Origin: Alphaproteobacteria bacterium
GTDB taxonomy: Bacteria > Pseudomonadota > Alphaproteobacteria > UBA8317
Reading direction: 5' to 3'
DNA: 20,509 bases
Assembly (NCBI GenBank): GCA_038131935.1
Contig: JAYPQH010000007.1
Span: 1 to 20,509 of the forward strand
Part shown: positions 1-9,716 of the stretch, piece after piece
Numbering within the stretch: position 1 is the stretch's first letter
Layout of the letters: every line of letters starts with the position of its first letter
Translations under genes and position numbers: made by a program
The notes under the pieces: generated by a model
Database searches by the model: none
What the model saw: only the letters and a program-made list of their open reading frames with translations
What the model was told of the DNA's origin: nothing

Positions 1-2
1 AA

Positions 3-2345
3 GAAATTACAGATTGCCTGACAAAGATTGGTCTTGAGCTGGAAGAGATAGAAGACCCAGCTGATATCTTTCGTGGGTTCGTGGTGGGGCACGTGGTAGA
101 GGCCAGCCAGCATCCTGATGCTGATCGGTTGCGCGTGCTCAAAGTAGATGTAGGCCAGCCAACATTAAAAACAGTGGTTTGTGGTGCCCCAAATGCACAA
201 GCAGGACTGATTGGTATTCTGGCACAACCAGGATGTGTCATTCCAAGTACGGGTGCAGTGCTGGGTAAGGGAAAAATTCGGGGAATTGAATCTGAAGGAA
301 TGATGTGCTCTGGTCGTGAGCTGGGTTTAAGTGATGACCATGAAGGTATCATTGCCTTGGATCATGCCACCGCGGGCGCGGATGCTGCCCAAGCATTAGG
401 GCAAGTTGATCCTGTCATTGATATTGCAATTACCCCCAACCGTCCCGATGCGCTTGGGATTCGTGGAATAGCACGGGATCTCGCTGCAGCAGGACTTGGT
501 ACCTTGAAACCCCTACCAATGCCTGAGCTTCATCCAGATAACCAACAGGTTGTGGATCATGGTATTGACCTGGAGGAGGAGGCAGCGTGGCGTTGTCCGT
601 ACTTCATCGCGCGGCGTTTTTCTGATGTTAACAATCCGTCATCACCACAATGGCTGCAAACCAAGTTAAAATCTATTGGGTTAAGGCCTATTTCTACGCT
701 GGTCGATATCACCAATTATTTCACGATGACATTTGCACGACCACTGCATGTTTTTGATGCTGATAAACTAAAAGGGCGCTTGCATGTGCGTCTCGCACAA
801 GAAGGTGAGAGCTTGTTGGCACTCGATGAAAAAACCTATGTCTTGACTGCGGAGGACCTGGTCATTGCAGATGATCGTGGTCCGGTTGCGATTGCAGGGG
901 TTATGGGGGGCATGGAAACAGGCTGCTCTGAAGATACCAAAAATGTGATATTGGAGACGGCTTACTTCGACCCGGTTGGGGTTGCGCGAACAGGTCGGCG
1001 GCTAAATATCCTTTCAGATGCCCGCTTTCGCTTCGAAAGAGGAATTGATCCCGTCTTCACCAAGCAAGGTGATATGCTTGCCACCGCAATGATCCAGGAA
1101 TTATGTGGAGGTGTATATGGACCTGCAGCAAGCGCGGGTGATGCGCCTAAAGCTCCATCTCCTATTTCTTATTCACCTTCAATGCTCAAGCGTTTGACGG
1201 GTATGGATGTTGCGCATGAAGTCCAAAAAAAGCTTCTTGAAGATTTAGGCTTTGTGGTCGAGCAACAGGATATTTGGCAAATACAAAGGCCATCTTGGCG
1301 GCCTGATGTCCATGGCGCAGCTGATATTGTTGAAGAAATCACAAGGCTTATTGGCTTGGATGATTTGCCACTCACTCCCTTGCCAAATCTTCAAGCTTCC
1401 ATGAGGCCAGTTCTTACAGCCCGGCAAAGACGCCACAGGCTTTTACGTCATTGTGCGGCGGGACTTGGGCTGAGAGAAGCTGTGACATGGTCGTTTTTAA
1501 GGCAGGAAGAGGCAGAAATTTTTGGAGGTGGTAAAGCCAACATGCGGCTTGATAACCCTATTTCCAGTGAGCTGTCTGATATGAGGCCCTCTTTGGTTCC
1601 TAATCTTGTTCAAGCTTTGGTAAGAAACCATGATAGGGGTTTTAGAAATTTAGGATTGTTTGAATTAGGTCCGGTCTATCAATCTAGAGAGATTGAAGGA
1701 CAACGAGATTACCTTACAGCTGTTATGGTGGGTAACAAAGCTCCCGCTGTCTGGCATGCAGAGAGCAGACCCTTTGATGTTTTTGATGCAAAAGGCATGC
1801 TGTTTCACCTGCTCACACAGTTGGGTGTGCAGGTTCATAACCTTCTTCTTAAGCGAGAGGCCCCCGATACCTACCATCCTGGTCGTTACGGGGCATTATT
1901 TTTGGGGCCAAAGAATAAGATTGCCCAATTTGGTGAATTGCATCCAAAGGTGGCTGCAGATTTTGGCCTTAACCAACCTGTGGTTGTTTTTGAAATCGAT
2001 ATCGATGCGGTACCGTTTAAGAAAACCAAGGGAAAAGGCCGTCCACAGCCGGAATGGTTTGATTTGCAAGCCGTAGAGAAAGATTTGGCCTTTGTGGTCG
2101 ACGAACATATCGAGGCACAATCAGTTGTGCATGCTGCACGTGGTGCAAACAAAAAACTGATACATGATGTCCAGTTGTTTGACCTTTTCCGTGGAGGAGA
2201 TCTTCTCGAGGGGCAAAAATCCCTTGCAATACGTTTAACATTGCAGCCGTCGGAGAAGTCTCTCACAGATGCAGAGATCGCAGACATCATCCAGCAAGTT
2301 GCAAGCCAGGTGCAAAAAGCCACAGGCGGGGTCCTGCGCGGATGA
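3..2345 (+). CDS. pheT: Phenylalanine--tRNA ligase beta subunit (5'-truncated by the window edge)
   Basis: The frame is open from base 3 (EITDCLTKIGLELEEI...). Motifs: HPDADRLRV, VVCGAPN, IRGIESEGMMCS, ITPNRPDALG, RFERGID, PSWRPDV, and a C-terminal ferredoxin-fold anticodon-binding domain (DLAFVVD...LFDLFRG...KSLAIRL). Confidence 0.98.
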   Translation, partial: EITDCLTKIGLELEEIEDPADIFRGFVVGHVVEASQHPDADRLRVLKVDVGQPTLKTVVCGAPNAQAGLIGILAQPGCVIPSTGAVLGKGKIRGIESEGMMCSGRELGLSDDHEGIIALDHATAGADAAQALGQVDPVIDIAITPNRPDALGIRGIARDLAAAGLGTLKPLPMPELHPDNQQVVDHGIDLEEEAAWRCPYFIARRFSDVNNPSSPQWLQTKLKSIGLRPISTLVDITNYFTMTFARPLHVFDADKLKGRLHVRLAQEGESLLALDEKTYVLTAEDLVIADDRGPVAIAGVMGGMETGCSEDTKNVILETAYFDPVGVARTGRRLNILSDARFRFERGIDPVFTKQGDMLATAMIQELCGGVYGPAASAGDAPKAPSPISYSPSMLKRLTGMDVAHEVQKKLLEDLGFVVEQQDIWQIQRPSWRPDVHGAADIVEEITRLIGLDDLPLTPLPNLQASMRPVLTARQRRHRLLRHCAAGLGLREAVTWSFLRQEEAEIFGGGKANMRLDNPISSELSDMRPSLVPNLVQALVRNHDRGFRNLGLFELGPVYQSREIEGQRDYLTAVMVGNKAPAVWHAESRPFDVFDAKGMLFHLLTQLGVQVHNLLLKREAPDTYHPGRYGALFLGPKNKIAQFGELHPKVAADFGLNQPVVVFEIDIDAVPFKKTKGKGRPQPEWFDLQAVEKDLAFVVDEHIEAQSVVHAARGANKKLIHDVQLFDLFRGGDLLEGQKSLAIRLTLQPSEKSLTDAEIADIIQQVASQVQKATGGVLRG

Positions 2346-2415
2346 GGGGCATTGCGCTTCACGTGGGTGTGACTATATCTGAATGTTACTGGTCCGTTTG
2401 AGAGGTTGAAGTATC

Positions 2416-4218
2416 ATGGAAGAAGTATCACGCGTCAGAAATTTTTCGATTGTGGCGCATATCGACCATGGCAAGTCGACCTTGGCTGACCGCCTGATCC
2501 AATTATGTGGTGGGCTGAGTGAACGAGAAATGTCAAACCAAGTTCTCGATTCTATGGATATCGAGAAGGAACGTGGGATCACCATTAAGGCCCAGACCGT
2601 TCGGTTGCGCTATGAACATGATGACGGTGAGGTTTATTACCTAAATCTCATTGACACCCCGGGGCATGTTGATTTTGCCTATGAGGTCTCCCGTTCGCTC
2701 AAAGCTTGTGAGGGGTCCTTACTCGTGGTGGATGCGTCTCAAGGCGTGGAAGCTCAAACCCTTGCCAATGTCTATCAAGCGCTTGATCACAATCATGAAA
2801 TTGTTCCAGTCCTCAATAAAGTTGATCTACCCGCAGCAGAACCTGAGCGTGTTCGTGAGCAAATAGAGGATGTTATTGGCATCGATGCATCAGAGGCGGT
2901 TGAGATTTCTGCAAAAACGGGGTTGAACATCGATGCTGTGCTAAAAGCAATTGTAGAACGACTTCCAGCGCCAAAAACAGAAGGTGCAGACAAGCCTCTG
3001 AAAGCTTTGCTGGTTGATAGCTGGTATGATGAGTATTTGGGTGTTGTTGTTCTGTTCCGTATTTTTGACGGAGAACTCAAAAAAGGCGACCGAATTCGTT
3101 TTATGTCGAATAAGGTTAGCTACCCAGTTGATCGCGTTGGTGTGCTGACACCGAAAGGCTTAATGGTTGATAAATTGGGACCTGGAGATATTGGGTTTTT
3201 GACAGCCAGTATCAAGCAAGTTGCCGACACGCGCGTAGGTGATACCATTACCCTTGAGAAGCGCCCTTGCGATGCACCATTAGAGGGTTACAAGCCTGCA
3301 CAACCTGTTGTGTTCTGTGGCTTGTTTCCCGTTGATGCTTCCGATTTTGAGAGTTTGCGCGATGCTTTAGGAAAACTTCGTCTAAATGATGCAAGTTTTG
3401 AGTTTGAGATGGAAACCTCTGCAGCCCTTGGCTTTGGCTTCCGGTGTGGTTTTTTAGGACTGCTGCATTTGGAAATCATCCGTGAACGTCTTGAGCGTGA
3501 ATTCAGGCTTGATTTGATCACCACCGCGCCCTCTGTTATCTATCGCCTCACCATGACAGACGGTTCAGAGCAAGAATTGCATAATCCTGCTGATATGCCT
3601 GATGTCGTGAAAATTGATAGCATTGCCGAGCCTTGGATTACGGCAACAATTCTTGTCCCAGATGAATTCTTAGGTGCTGTATTAAAATTATGTGAAGACC
3701 GACGGGGGACCCAAACCAACCTAACATACGCGGGTAGTCGTGCCATGGTTGTCTATGACCTTCCTTTGAATGAAGTTGTGTTTGACTTTTATGACAAGCT
3801 TAAGTCAGCAACCCGTGGTTATGCGAGTTTTGATTATCAAATGAAGGGCTATGAAGTCGGGGATCTTGTTCGGATGTCTATTCTGGTAAATGCAGAGCCT
3901 GTAGATGCATTGGCCACCATCGTTCATCGTGCGCGTGCAGAAGACCGTGGTCGTGCGCTGTGTGAAAAACTTAAAGACCTAATCCCTCAGCATCTTTTCC
4001 AAATCCCTATACAAGCAGCACTTGGTGGGCGCATTATTGCGCGTGAAACCATAAGGGCGATGCGCAAAGATGTTACGGCCAAATGCTATGGCGGGGACGC
4101 ATCACGGAAACGAAAACTTCTTGATAAGCAGAAAGCAGGTAAGAAGAAAATGCGTCAGTTTGGGCGCGTGGAAATCCCACAAGAAGCGTTTATTGCGGCC
4201 TTACGCTCAGACGGCTAA
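2416..4218 (+). CDS. lepA: Elongation factor 4 (LepA GTPase)
   Basis: [63 protein letters not shown]; 600 aa. Confidence 0.99.
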   Translation: MEEVSRVRNFSIVAHIDHGKSTLADRLIQLCGGLSEREMSNQVLDSMDIEKERGITIKAQTVRLRYEHDDGEVYYLNLIDTPGHVDFAYEVSRSLKACEGSLLVVDASQGVEAQTLANVYQALDHNHEIVPVLNKVDLPAAEPERVREQIEDVIGIDASEAVEISAKTGLNIDAVLKAIVERLPAPKTEGADKPLKALLVDSWYDEYLGVVVLFRIFDGELKKGDRIRFMSNKVSYPVDRVGVLTPKGLMVDKLGPGDIGFLTASIKQVADTRVGDTITLEKRPCDAPLEGYKPAQPVVFCGLFPVDASDFESLRDALGKLRLNDASFEFEMETSAALGFGFRCGFLGLLHLEIIRERLEREFRLDLITTAPSVIYRLTMTDGSEQELHNPADMPDVVKIDSIAEPWITATILVPDEFLGAVLKLCEDRRGTQTNLTYAGSRAMVVYDLPLNEVVFDFYDKLKSATRGYASFDYQMKGYEVGDLVRMSILVNAEPVDALATIVHRARAEDRGRALCEKLKDLIPQHLFQIPIQAALGGRIIARETIRAMRKDVTAKCYGGDASRKRKLLDKQKAGKKKMRQFGRVEIPQEAFIAALRSDG

Positions 4219-4508
4219 AGCTGTCGCCTGTGCTTTTTGACGACCAGCGCCACAATTTCAACAAGCACGGCTATGATCAGGAGCAACATCCAAAAGGGCC
4301 GTTCCAACACGGGTTGAATAATGCTGCTCCACAGCCAGGGGTTTAAATGGCGTTCTATGGCTGGTTGCCAGATAGGGAAATGGTCAGGGAACAAAAAATA
4401 GAGATGGGCACCCAGTGGGGGAAGGTCTTGGATAAAAACATCAACGCCAAGAGATAGAAACCCTAAGGCGGCAATCAGCAGGGCCCCTGCGCGGACGTAG
4501 GATATCAC
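4215..4508 (-). CDS. Small hypothetical membrane protein (two predicted TM segments)
   Basis: Hydrophobic N- and C-terminal stretches flank [14 protein letters not shown]. The GTG start overlaps the msrA stop (GTGA), and the stop overlaps the lepA stop convergently. Confidence 0.7.
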   Translation of the reverse strand: MISYVRAGALLIAALGFLSLGVDVFIQDLPPLGAHLYFLFPDHFPIWQPAIERHLNPWLWSSIIQPVLERPFWMLLLIIAVLVEIVALVVKKHRRQL

Positions 4509-5077
4509 AACTTTACCCCGGTTGGGGCGATGCCGCAGTACCCACGTGGGTTTTTTGCAAGATATTGTTGGTGGTAGGTTTCTGCCAAAATAAGAGGCCC
4601 CTCATCGAGGATGTCTGTTGTTATGGGCGGATACCCTTTTTGTTGGTACGCGTCATCGTAGGCAGCTCTTGCCTTCAAAGCTTCTTTGCGTTGCTGTTCC
4701 TGGGTGGGCATAATGGCTGATCTGTATTGGCTTCCTCTGTCGTTACCTTGTCTGTGTCCTTGGGTTGGATCATGATTTTCGAAGAAAATGCTTAGCAAAC
4801 TATCAAAAGATACAACATCTGGGTCGAAATTCACCAAGACAACCTCTGCATGCCCAGTGGTTCCTGTGCATACCAAATGATAATCTATATTTGTGGAGGT
4901 CCCGCCCGCATAGCCAACTGCTGTTGCCAATACACCTTTTGTTTGCCAAAAAATGCGTTCAGCCCCCCAAAAGCAACCCATGCCAAAAACCGCCATATCT
5001 TGATCTTCGTGCACAATCGATCCGGGTAAAATAAAATGAGGTGAGCTGGCTTTTTCCAGATGTTCAATGAGCGTCAT
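4505..5077 (-). CDS. msrA: Peptide methionine sulfoxide reductase MsrA
   Basis: GMGCFWGAE catalytic motif, GYAGG, TGHAEVV, HDPTQGHRQGNDRGSQYRSAI, AETYHQQYL, GYCG. The ATG at 5077 has GGAGA just upstream and is preferred over the ORF-track start at 5155, which lies inside the Pho box. Confidence 0.95.
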   Translation of the reverse strand: MTLIEHLEKASSPHFILPGSIVHEDQDMAVFGMGCFWGAERIFWQTKGVLATAVGYAGGTSTNIDYHLVCTGTTGHAEVVLVNFDPDVVSFDSLLSIFFENHDPTQGHRQGNDRGSQYRSAIMPTQEQQRKEALKARAAYDDAYQQKGYPPITTDILDEGPLILAETYHQQYLAKNPRGYCGIAPTGVKL

Positions 5078-5148
5078 GACGGTCTCCAAAACATGATTAC
5101 AGACCCCCCACACATAATCAGCTGTATGAGATGGAACAAGGTGCATGT

Positions 5149-5166
5149 CTGTCACAAAGTTGTCAC
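5149..5166 (+). promoter_or_regulatory. Putative Pho box (PhoB binding site)
   Basis: CTGTCAC-AAAG-TTGTCAC: two 7-mers with 11-bp periodicity matching the CTGTCAT-N4-CTGTCAY consensus, about 45 bp upstream of the sulfatase-family start. Confidence 0.7.
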
Positions 5167-5209
5167 AGCATCATGACAAAACATGAGTTTCTAAGATGGG
5201 GGAGCTTGG

Positions 5210-6751
5210 ATGCGGGTATTATTTTTGTCGGTTGACCAATGGCGTGGAGACTATTTTGGATTTATGGGACACCCTGTTATTCAAACGCCTAATATTGACG
5301 CCTTGGCGGAAGACAGCGCGCAGTTCCGTCGTCATTATGCCGTGGCAGCGCCTTGTGGCCCCTCTCGAACATCCATGCTAACAGGGCTGTACCCACAAGT
5401 GCATCGCTCTGTCTACAATGGGGCGCCGCTCGAGCAACGCTTTGAAAACATTGCGTCTTTGGTCCGGGACCATGGTGGTCATCCACAACTGATTGGCTAC
5501 ACCGATACATCTATTGATCCTGCAACAGTGGCAAAAGGAGATAAGAGATTACGCAGCTATGAAGGGGTGATGACAGGGTTTCATCAGTTGTATGATCATT
5601 CCGAAATGATGTTAGGGCTTTGGCGTCATCATTTGTCACAAGCCTCTGTTGAGGTGGGAGAGGGGTCTTTTCGTGACTTATATGCCCATCAGGAATATTC
5701 AGCGTCTGCTTTTCCCGATAGTCCTGCCAAATATGAAGCAGCCTACTCAGACACAGCATTTATCGCAGATCGGCTCATGGAGCATATAGATGTATTTGGT
5801 CAGGATGAACATATGTTTGTCCATGGGGTGTTTTTACGGCCACATCCACCCTTGGTGGCGCCTGAACCTTTTCATAGTATGTATGAAAACTTCGATATAA
5901 CACCAGCTCTTCCTCATCAAAACGATACAGATGAATTCGTTGCGGCATGGCTGAAATTTCAAACAACATCCCCTGAATATTATGATGCTGACATAGATAT
6001 GTCATCACTAACGGAAAAAGATGTCTGCGCAATGCGCCGTGTGTATTTGGGATTGGCGACAGAGGTTGACCATCATATTGGAAGGCTAATCAATCATCTC
6101 AAACAAAAAGGCCTTTATGATGAAACCTTGATTATCTTTACATCTGATCATGGTGAAATGTTGGGTGATTATGGGCTTTGGGGCAAAATGGGCTTTTTTG
6201 ATCCAGCTTTCCATATTCCCTTATTGGTCAAGCCACCTAAGAGCTTTCCTTGCATCCCTGGGCCACGCCATGGGTTCACGGAGAATGTTGATGTCATGGC
6301 GACGATAGCCGATTATCTTCAATTGCCTACATCTCCTGATGTGGCTGGTATCAGTTTGCGTCAGAATATTCATGACCCAGGGCAGCCGCTTCGTGATTAT
6401 GCAAGTTGGGCGTTCGATTATCGTTGCCAGGATGATCTCTTTTTTGAAAACGAACTCGGCCAGCCTTCTGAGGCTTGTTTGATGCATGTGTTCAAAACCG
6501 ACGCAGAAAAAGTAGTCATAAGGCCTGGTAAACCTCCTCTCTATCTCTCAGCAAATCCAGATGGATCAGAGTCTTATTGTGTACCATCTCAAGGTCATGA
6601 ACGACTGTTTCACACAAGCATCTCCCATCTATTGGTAAATTTTGAGAGGAAATATGCGAACATGAGGTTAAGTGCCGACGGCCCAGTGTCATTTTATACA
6701 AAGCGCGAGGCTTTGGTTGAGTTTTTAGGCCGTAACGTGAGAAATAGGTAG
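5210..6751 (+). CDS. Alkaline-phosphatase/sulfatase superfamily hydrolase, phosphonate monoester hydrolase (PMH/PehA)-like
   Basis: N-terminal VDQWRGD, formylglycine motif PCGPSRTSMLTG, LIGYTDT, LRPHPPLVAPEP, TSDHGEMLGD and WGK, all resembling rhizobial/Burkholderia PMH. Confidence 0.8.
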   Translation: MRVLFLSVDQWRGDYFGFMGHPVIQTPNIDALAEDSAQFRRHYAVAAPCGPSRTSMLTGLYPQVHRSVYNGAPLEQRFENIASLVRDHGGHPQLIGYTDTSIDPATVAKGDKRLRSYEGVMTGFHQLYDHSEMMLGLWRHHLSQASVEVGEGSFRDLYAHQEYSASAFPDSPAKYEAAYSDTAFIADRLMEHIDVFGQDEHMFVHGVFLRPHPPLVAPEPFHSMYENFDITPALPHQNDTDEFVAAWLKFQTTSPEYYDADIDMSSLTEKDVCAMRRVYLGLATEVDHHIGRLINHLKQKGLYDETLIIFTSDHGEMLGDYGLWGKMGFFDPAFHIPLLVKPPKSFPCIPGPRHGFTENVDVMATIADYLQLPTSPDVAGISLRQNIHDPGQPLRDYASWAFDYRCQDDLFFENELGQPSEACLMHVFKTDAEKVVIRPGKPPLYLSANPDGSESYCVPSQGHERLFHTSISHLLVNFERKYANMRLSADGPVSFYTKREALVEFLGRNVRNR

Positions 6752-6862
6752 GATTTGACAAAATTTCAAAAAATGTTTGGCGGTATGGGTGTGAAATCAT
6801 ACAAGATTTAGCGTTAGTTAACAAAAAATTTTGGCTTACGAAAAGCTGTTAAGGAGTTTGAA

Positions 6863-7696
6863 ATGGGTTGCATCCTTCAAATATCAGATTTGCATGTCCG
6901 TCCTAAAGATGTTCTTTGTTACGGAAAAGTGAACAGCAATAATATGTTGGAAAAGGCCATCTCATTTATCAATAAAATTCATATTCCTATTGATGCGATT
7001 GTGATCACTGGTGACGTAACTGATTGCGGTTTGGTGGAAGAATACCAAATGTTATCCAATCTTCTGATGAACCTCACCAAAGCACCTTATTTTCTATTGC
7101 CGGGAAATCATGATCGTCGAGAAAATTTGCGTGCCCAGTTTCCTCATCAACCATTCGCACAAGATATTGCGCCGTTTTTGCAATTTGACCAAACAGTTGC
7201 GGGTATCAGACTTATCGGTCTTGATAGTGTTGTTCCTGGTCACGAATATGGTGCGTTTGATGATGTGCGGTTGGCCTGGTTGCAAAAACGACTCGATGCA
7301 AATTCAGAAATTCCTACGATGATTTTTATGCATCATCCACCCTTTGATGGTGCTCAGAGGGCTGGAAAAAATCGGTTGAATTTATCGAGTGAGGCCTTGG
7401 AAAACTTATTACTTGGTTATCCAAATGTTGTTAGGGTATGCGCAGGACATTGGCATCGTAATGTTCAAACAAAATTTGCGCACGGCTTGGGCGTTGTTTG
7501 TCCATCAACCTGTCATCAGGTTGCATTCGATGTAGAACGTAGCTTGGGTGAGTTGATGTTTACGATGGAACCACCAGGTTTGTTGTTGCACATGATGGAT
7601 GAGGAAAAAGTGATATATACACATCAGTTGCCCATAGGTAATTTTGATGGTCCTCACCCCTATCCAGATGAACCCAATTACCCCGGTTCGGCATAA
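6863..7696 (+). CDS. Calcineurin-like metallophosphoesterase, GpdQ/CpdA family phosphodiesterase
   Basis: SDLH, TGDVTD, PGNHD, MHHPP, AGHWH and PSTCHQV motifs; SD AGGAG upstream. Confidence 0.9.
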   Translation: MGCILQISDLHVRPKDVLCYGKVNSNNMLEKAISFINKIHIPIDAIVITGDVTDCGLVEEYQMLSNLLMNLTKAPYFLLPGNHDRRENLRAQFPHQPFAQDIAPFLQFDQTVAGIRLIGLDSVVPGHEYGAFDDVRLAWLQKRLDANSEIPTMIFMHHPPFDGAQRAGKNRLNLSSEALENLLLGYPNVVRVCAGHWHRNVQTKFAHGLGVVCPSTCHQVAFDVERSLGELMFTMEPPGLLLHMMDEEKVIYTHQLPIGNFDGPHPYPDEPNYPGSA

Positions 7697-7751
7697 CCAA
7701 AAGTTGAGGGTTGGCAAAAAGATACAAAAGCCTTACATCCTCAAGTTTCGT

Positions 7752-7841
7752 GGACAGGTGGCCGAGTGGTCGAAGGCGCACGCCTGAAAGTGTGTATACG
7801 GTGATCCCGTATCGAGGGTTCGAATCCCTCCCTGTCCGCCA
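7752..7841 (+). tRNA. tRNA-Ser, GGA-type body, with one base missing in the anticodon loop as written
   Basis: Acceptor stem GGACAGG/CCTGTCC, D-arm TGGCCGAGTGGTCGAAGGCG, anticodon stem CACGC/GTGTG around CTGAAA (6 nt), long variable arm, T-arm GAGGGTTCGAATCCCTC, discriminator G plus encoded CCA. Confidence 0.92.
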
Positions 7842-7893
7842 TAAATTATGAATAAATCATTTTAAACCAATATAGTAAAAATATTGTATCTGT

Positions 7894-7919
7894 TTAACCC
7901 CTACATTAACCCCTACATT
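7894..7919 (+). repeat. Perfect 12-bp tandem repeat, putative tyrosine-integrase arm-type sites
   Basis: TTAACCCCTACA occurs twice (7894-7905, 7906-7917) plus TT, about 50 bp past the tRNA 3' end after an AT-rich spacer. Confidence 0.65.
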
Positions 7920-8041
7920 TGAGCGGCTAACCCTTTTAAAATTTTAAGGTTGCTTGCTTTTACTCAGTTTACATCTCTCTCAATCTTGAGCACATTTTTC
8001 AGTTAGAGGATCGTTGGGCTCAAATTTGTGCGAGGTTCATA

Positions 8042-8476
8042 ATGATTGATGATCTCATTGATGAAAAAGTGGTTAATGAATTTGATCGAGAACAGTTGGA
8101 AGATTTGAAAAGCCATATCGAAGGCCTTCTCGAGACTTATGGGTTTGGAGATGTTACGGGACTTACAAATCTAATCAGGGTTAGTCATCTACTACACCGA
8201 GATTTTAGAGATTTTCTAGCAGATGAAATAGATAAAATCCTTAAGGGTGAATTCAAGCCAGGTGAATCCAAGCCTCTTACAAAAGAACAATTACGAAAAC
8301 GCTATAGAAACCTAATGATTCATCATTACTATGAGTCGGAGCGAGGACATTTTTTTCCCGGTACAGGTAGTGGCCCCAAAGGGCGGCCAAGAGATGAAAT
8401 CATTCACGAGCTGATGGAAAAACATTCACTGGCCTACGAAACGATATATGATATTTTGAAGAAAAAAGAGGGGTAA
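8042..8476 (+). CDS. Hypothetical protein with a possible C-terminal HTH
   Basis: 144 aa with SD GAGG. The C-terminal RDEIIHELMEKHSLAYETIYDILKK has a helix-turn-helix-like pattern. It lies directly upstream of alpA. Confidence 0.6.
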   Translation: MIDDLIDEKVVNEFDREQLEDLKSHIEGLLETYGFGDVTGLTNLIRVSHLLHRDFRDFLADEIDKILKGEFKPGESKPLTKEQLRKRYRNLMIHHYYESERGHFFPGTGSGPKGRPRDEIIHELMEKHSLAYETIYDILKKKEG

Positions 8477-8556
8477 ATTTTATTTTTTTACCCATGAAGC
8501 GCATAATCTGAATCCTTAAATTCTTCCTAGATCCAACCAAAGACTAGGAGATATCA

Positions 8557-8754
8557 ATGGAAAACCCCATACGATTATTAAGACGTAATGAAGTTGAACA
8601 GATCACAGGGTTAGCTCGTAGTACCATCTATGCGTACATGCGGTCTGGCGACTTTCCACACCCTATTAGAATAGGCATTCGTGCCGTCGCATGGAAAAGT
8701 TGTGATGTTGAGGAATGGATAAACCATCGCGCTATCGCAGGTGAACAACCATGA
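8557..8754 (+). CDS. alpA: AlpA-family phage regulator / excisionase
   Basis: RLLRRNEVEQITGLARSTIYAYMRSGDFPHPIRIGIRAVAWKSCDVEEWI is a typical AlpA sequence; SD AGGAG. Confidence 0.95.
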   Translation: MENPIRLLRRNEVEQITGLARSTIYAYMRSGDFPHPIRIGIRAVAWKSCDVEEWINHRAIAGEQP

Positions 8755-9716
8755 CCAGCACAATCATCACAGAAGCTTTACGGAACAAGGCAAAAACTAA
8801 TGCAAAGGCGATCTGCCTAGATGTGCTAGGCAAGCCAAGTAGTGTAACTACTCATGAGCTCCGTTATGGCAATCGGGGATCGCTCTGTATCTGTGTTGCT
8901 GGGCCCAAGGCTGGCACCTACCACAACTTTGAGACAGGCAAAGGCGGTGATATGATTAGCCTGTTGTCAGACAAACTGGGCGGCATAGGCCAGGTTGTGA
9001 GATACCTAAGCGAAGATCACGGTGACACAGTTTCAACTTCTGCAACTGTGCATACAATACCCATGCCTAATCAACCAAAGGCTAAGCGTTGGTCCCATTA
9101 TGCACAACAGATCTTTGACGCATCAGTTCCGCTACAGAGAACGGCTGGTGAACATTATTTGGCACAGCGTGGTTTAGTGGATATTCCAGTAAGTGAAGAC
9201 ATTCGCTTTTTGGAAAGAAGCCCCTACCAAGCCTGCCCAGCTATTGTCTCACGGATTACTGATGCAAAAGTGCATAACGATTACATGAGCCTACATTTTA
9301 TATTCATGAAGGCCGATGGTTCAAAAGCGTTTCCCTTGCACAGAGGTAATAATAAACATCTGTTAGGTAATCATCAGACTCAAGGCGGTGTTATCAGAAC
9401 AACAGATGATACAGAGGTAGAATTAGGCCTGGGTGTGGCAGAAGGGCTGGAAGATGCGCTCTCAGCCATGATGATCTTTAAAACGCCTGTGTGGGCGGCT
9501 ATCAGCGCAGGAAACATCGCCAATCATCTACCAGCTATAAGTGGGATAGATACCTTATGTTTATTTGGTGATAATGACGATGCAGGCCATAAAGCGGTGC
9601 GTGCAGCCATAAAGAGACTAAGCAAAGATGGGTTAACTGTTAAACCTGCATTCCCACCCAAGTGCTACAAAGACTGGAATGATTATCTTATGGGGGATCA
9701 TCATGAACAGTCCTGA
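8751..9716 (+). CDS. Toprim-domain DNA primase (phage/plasmid type)
   Basis: N-terminal RYGNRGSL...G.YHNFETGKGGDMISL, YLAQRGL, Toprim VAEGLEDALS, GDNDDAG and KDWNDYL. ATGA overlap with alpA. Confidence 0.88.
   Translation: MTSTIITEALRNKAKTNAKAICLDVLGKPSSVTTHELRYGNRGSLCICVAGPKAGTYHNFETGKGGDMISLLSDKLGGIGQVVRYLSEDHGDTVSTSATVHTIPMPNQPKAKRWSHYAQQIFDASVPLQRTAGEHYLAQRGLVDIPVSEDIRFLERSPYQACPAIVSRITDAKVHNDYMSLHFIFMKADGSKAFPLHRGNNKHLLGNHQTQGGVIRTTDDTEVELGLGVAEGLEDALSAMMIFKTPVWAAISAGNIANHLPAISGIDTLCLFGDNDDAGHKAVRAAIKRLSKDGLTVKPAFPPKCYKDWNDYLMGDHHEQS

Noticed and set aside
1169-3746. Short alternative-frame and antisense ORFs within pheT and lepA
   Set aside because: They are shadows of strongly conserved genes and show no recognisable motifs.
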